IMG/VR virus record: IMGVR_UViG_3300045988_167063
Length of the DNA stretch: 64,000 bases
Direction: 5' to 3' (one strand)
Origin: a virus
A program made the translations under genes and the position numbers. Below are positions 63,301 to 64,000 of the stretch, piece after piece (the stretch's first letter is position 1; each line of letters begins with the position of its first letter). The notes beneath the pieces are model-generated. The model ran no database searches and had not been told where the DNA came from. It saw nothing but the letters and a program-made list of their open reading frames with translations.

Positions 63301-63584
63301 ATTGTGAATATTATGGTATTGAGTCGGTTGAAACAAATAGTTATGGCACTCCATTTATTACACTTTATGATTTTCAAAATGGTATGACAAAACAATTTAA
63401 GTGTAATAAAAAGTGGTATGATGAGTTTAAATGTAAACAAGGAGATATAGTTGAGGTGAGTTTTTCACAAAAGAAAAAGGTTAGATTTATCGGAACTGAC
63501 GAAAACGGCAAAAATATCTATCAGCCAACAGGCGAATATGAAGATATAATTAAATTATATTCAATAATTGATATAGAGATATAA
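60306..63584 (+). CDS. dnaE: DNA polymerase III alpha-type (DnaE-like) replicative polymerase
   Basis: 1092 aa. The N-terminal PHP domain shows YHYHSYFSN, FSGEHGW and LDSHY, followed by a long polymerase core. The size is typical of C-family polymerases. Confidence 0.75.
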   Translation: MNIDKKIIENVIDNLTFKFPYTIDEYVNNPIIENYHYHSYFSNVGMADSPTNNESFAKRIKELNGKCIFSGEHGWQGNQFEVYEIAEKYGLKYRHSTEAYWVKNRLEQDRTNCHICLIALTPKAREDINYILSIANIDGYYGNPRIDLELLFSLNPNEVIVTSACVAGWKYDDAENIWLKVANYFGDNFFFEIQPHNTDKQKELNQKILELSKEYNIQIICGLDSHYIDTDLDDIKREKILEYKKIKYDDEQGWYLDFPNIEIIYNRLKEQGVLSEYEIWQSIMNTNVFNSNKAQEIILDKSFKIPSIYKDKTYEEKVKIFKNILNNEYANEKDKSKARVEGIRYEAEQVIDSKVVDYFLTNRAILQEAINNQGGILTKTSRGSMSSFYINKLLGFTTLDRFNAEVPIYPERFLTKERVQSGQMPDCDFNIAQQEPFVKAARKLIGKESCYPLMAIEKMKTSAAWQMYASVNNIEPTIANEVSKQIKEYEEKKKHLDEDSKDLLDISDFIPKEYIDIYNKSKEYQGIVINLKVHACAFLLFDGDIRREIGLTSAVSQSTKKRTLVVCAEGKYLDTFGYVKDDFLIVDVVGLIQECWDSINQPVPIFNELRELIKDDNATWDIYSKGIVCCVNQVEKKETAKKAQIYQMRNLGESASFIAGIRPGFKSLLPTFLHREKFTTGESKIDDLLKESSSFILYQESVMKILAYLGLSMAECYTVIKSISKKKYKEHPEKLKALKEQLLKGWTEKIGKTDNFDKVWQVIEDAASYSFNSPHALSMAGDSAYIAYFKAHYPANFYKVAISHYMKKDNKKKIAELMSEANTFFGYKTKLWCFGEDNRDVIVDEKNKTITLAMSSIKDMQKVAPQILYDLGQTNNINNVMQLFENVLKCGVNKTSRNILIKLDYFKNFGTINQLLYGFNIYEKFANSKVISKNKLSEIELKAIQGNFNKETKTQFREINNKKFIFDILKSSTIPHTTDLTKAHYQLQLLGSTNIIIPNCEYYGIESVETNSYGTPFITLYDFQNGMTKQFKCNKKWYDEFKCKQGDIVEVSFSQKKKVRFIGTDENGKNIYQPTGEYEDIIKLYSIIDIEI

Positions 63585-63588
63585 TGTT

Positions 63589-64000
63589 ATGAAATGGGAA
63601 TTAATAAATTATTGTGAACTTGATAAATATGCTTCTAAAGCATATAGTGCAATTCACAATGTTAATGAAAATCAAAATCTTGGAGATATTACTAAAGTAA
63701 ATGCAAAAGATTTAAAAGATTTTGATTTAATGACTTGGGGTTTTCCTTGCACAGATATTTCTATTTGTGGTAAACAACAAGGTTTAATAGATAATCAAGG
63801 AAATCAAACACGAAGTGGTTTATATTATGATGGACTAAGAATTTTAAAAGAGAAGAAACCTAAAGTTTCTATTATTGAAAATGTAAAGGCTTTAACAAGT
63901 AAAAAGTTCAAAAAAGAATTTGAAATGATTTTATCTGACTTAGAAAAAATAGGCTATAATAATCATTATAAAGTAATTAATTCAAAGGATTATGGCTCGG
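63589..64000 (+). CDS. DNA cytosine-5 methyltransferase, partial (runs off the window); N-terminal motif I apparently missing
   Basis: ELDKYASKAYSAIHN (motif II region), WGFPCTDIS (motif IV, PC) and IIENVKAL (motif VI, ENV). An in-frame TAG at 63574-76 lies 5 codons upstream of the ATG, so no FxGxG block can be read. Confidence 0.7.
   Translation, partial: MKWELINYCELDKYASKAYSAIHNVNENQNLGDITKVNAKDLKDFDLMTWGFPCTDISICGKQQGLIDNQGNQTRSGLYYDGLRILKEKKPKVSIIENVKALTSKKFKKEFEMILSDLEKIGYNNHYKVINSKDYGS

Overview
The window is AT-rich, tightly packed phage or prophage DNA with Firmicutes-style signals: GGAGG ribosome-binding sites, TTGACA-17-TGnTATAAT promoters and U-tract terminators. By gene content it resembles large SPbeta-like siphophages, but this rests on motif reading only, because no database search was possible.

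Layout:
- nt 1-17772, minus strand: a late/virion block. It holds a YonO/RdRP-like single-subunit RNA polymerase, two HU-like proteins, a metallophosphoesterase, small and large terminase, portal, scaffold, major capsid and an Ig-domain structural protein.
- nt 18865-27924, plus strand: an early block of small genes, including YopX, a NifS-like cysteine desulfurase and dUTPase.
- about 27.9-41.1 kb: a region unusually rich in non-coding DNA. It holds many single-gene units that each have their own near-identical promoter, one reverse-oriented two-gene cassette and a tyrosine recombinase.
- 41.2-64 kb: a replication/recombination block. It holds an SSB-like protein, a Sak4-like ATPase, four consecutive DNA methyltransferases, a DnaB-like helicase, a primase, a RecJ-like DHH exonuclease, a DnaE-type polymerase and a 5'-truncated-looking C5-methyltransferase.

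Most notable observations:
1. Three related group-I-like introns. Two have no ORF and split the large terminase at its Walker A and nuclease motifs. The third carries an HNH endonuclease and splits the RNA polymerase directly in front of its DFDSD catalytic loop.
2. A promoter-driven, ORF-free locus of about 1 kb (40.07-41.05 kb). It has a perfect 32-bp helix whose G-U pairs work only on the plus-strand RNA, plus tRNA-like cloverleaf modules. This is a candidate large structured RNA.
3. G9 and G8 homopolymer tracts inside two adjacent methyltransferase genes. One of them currently breaks the reading frame.
4. Large imperfect palindromes with TA-rich cores at 18.1-18.4 kb and 28.0-28.2 kb. They bracket the early block.
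5. Four intergenic copies of TGTGA-N7-TCACA.

All functional calls come from reading motifs by eye, and the intron boundaries are inferred rather than demonstrated.
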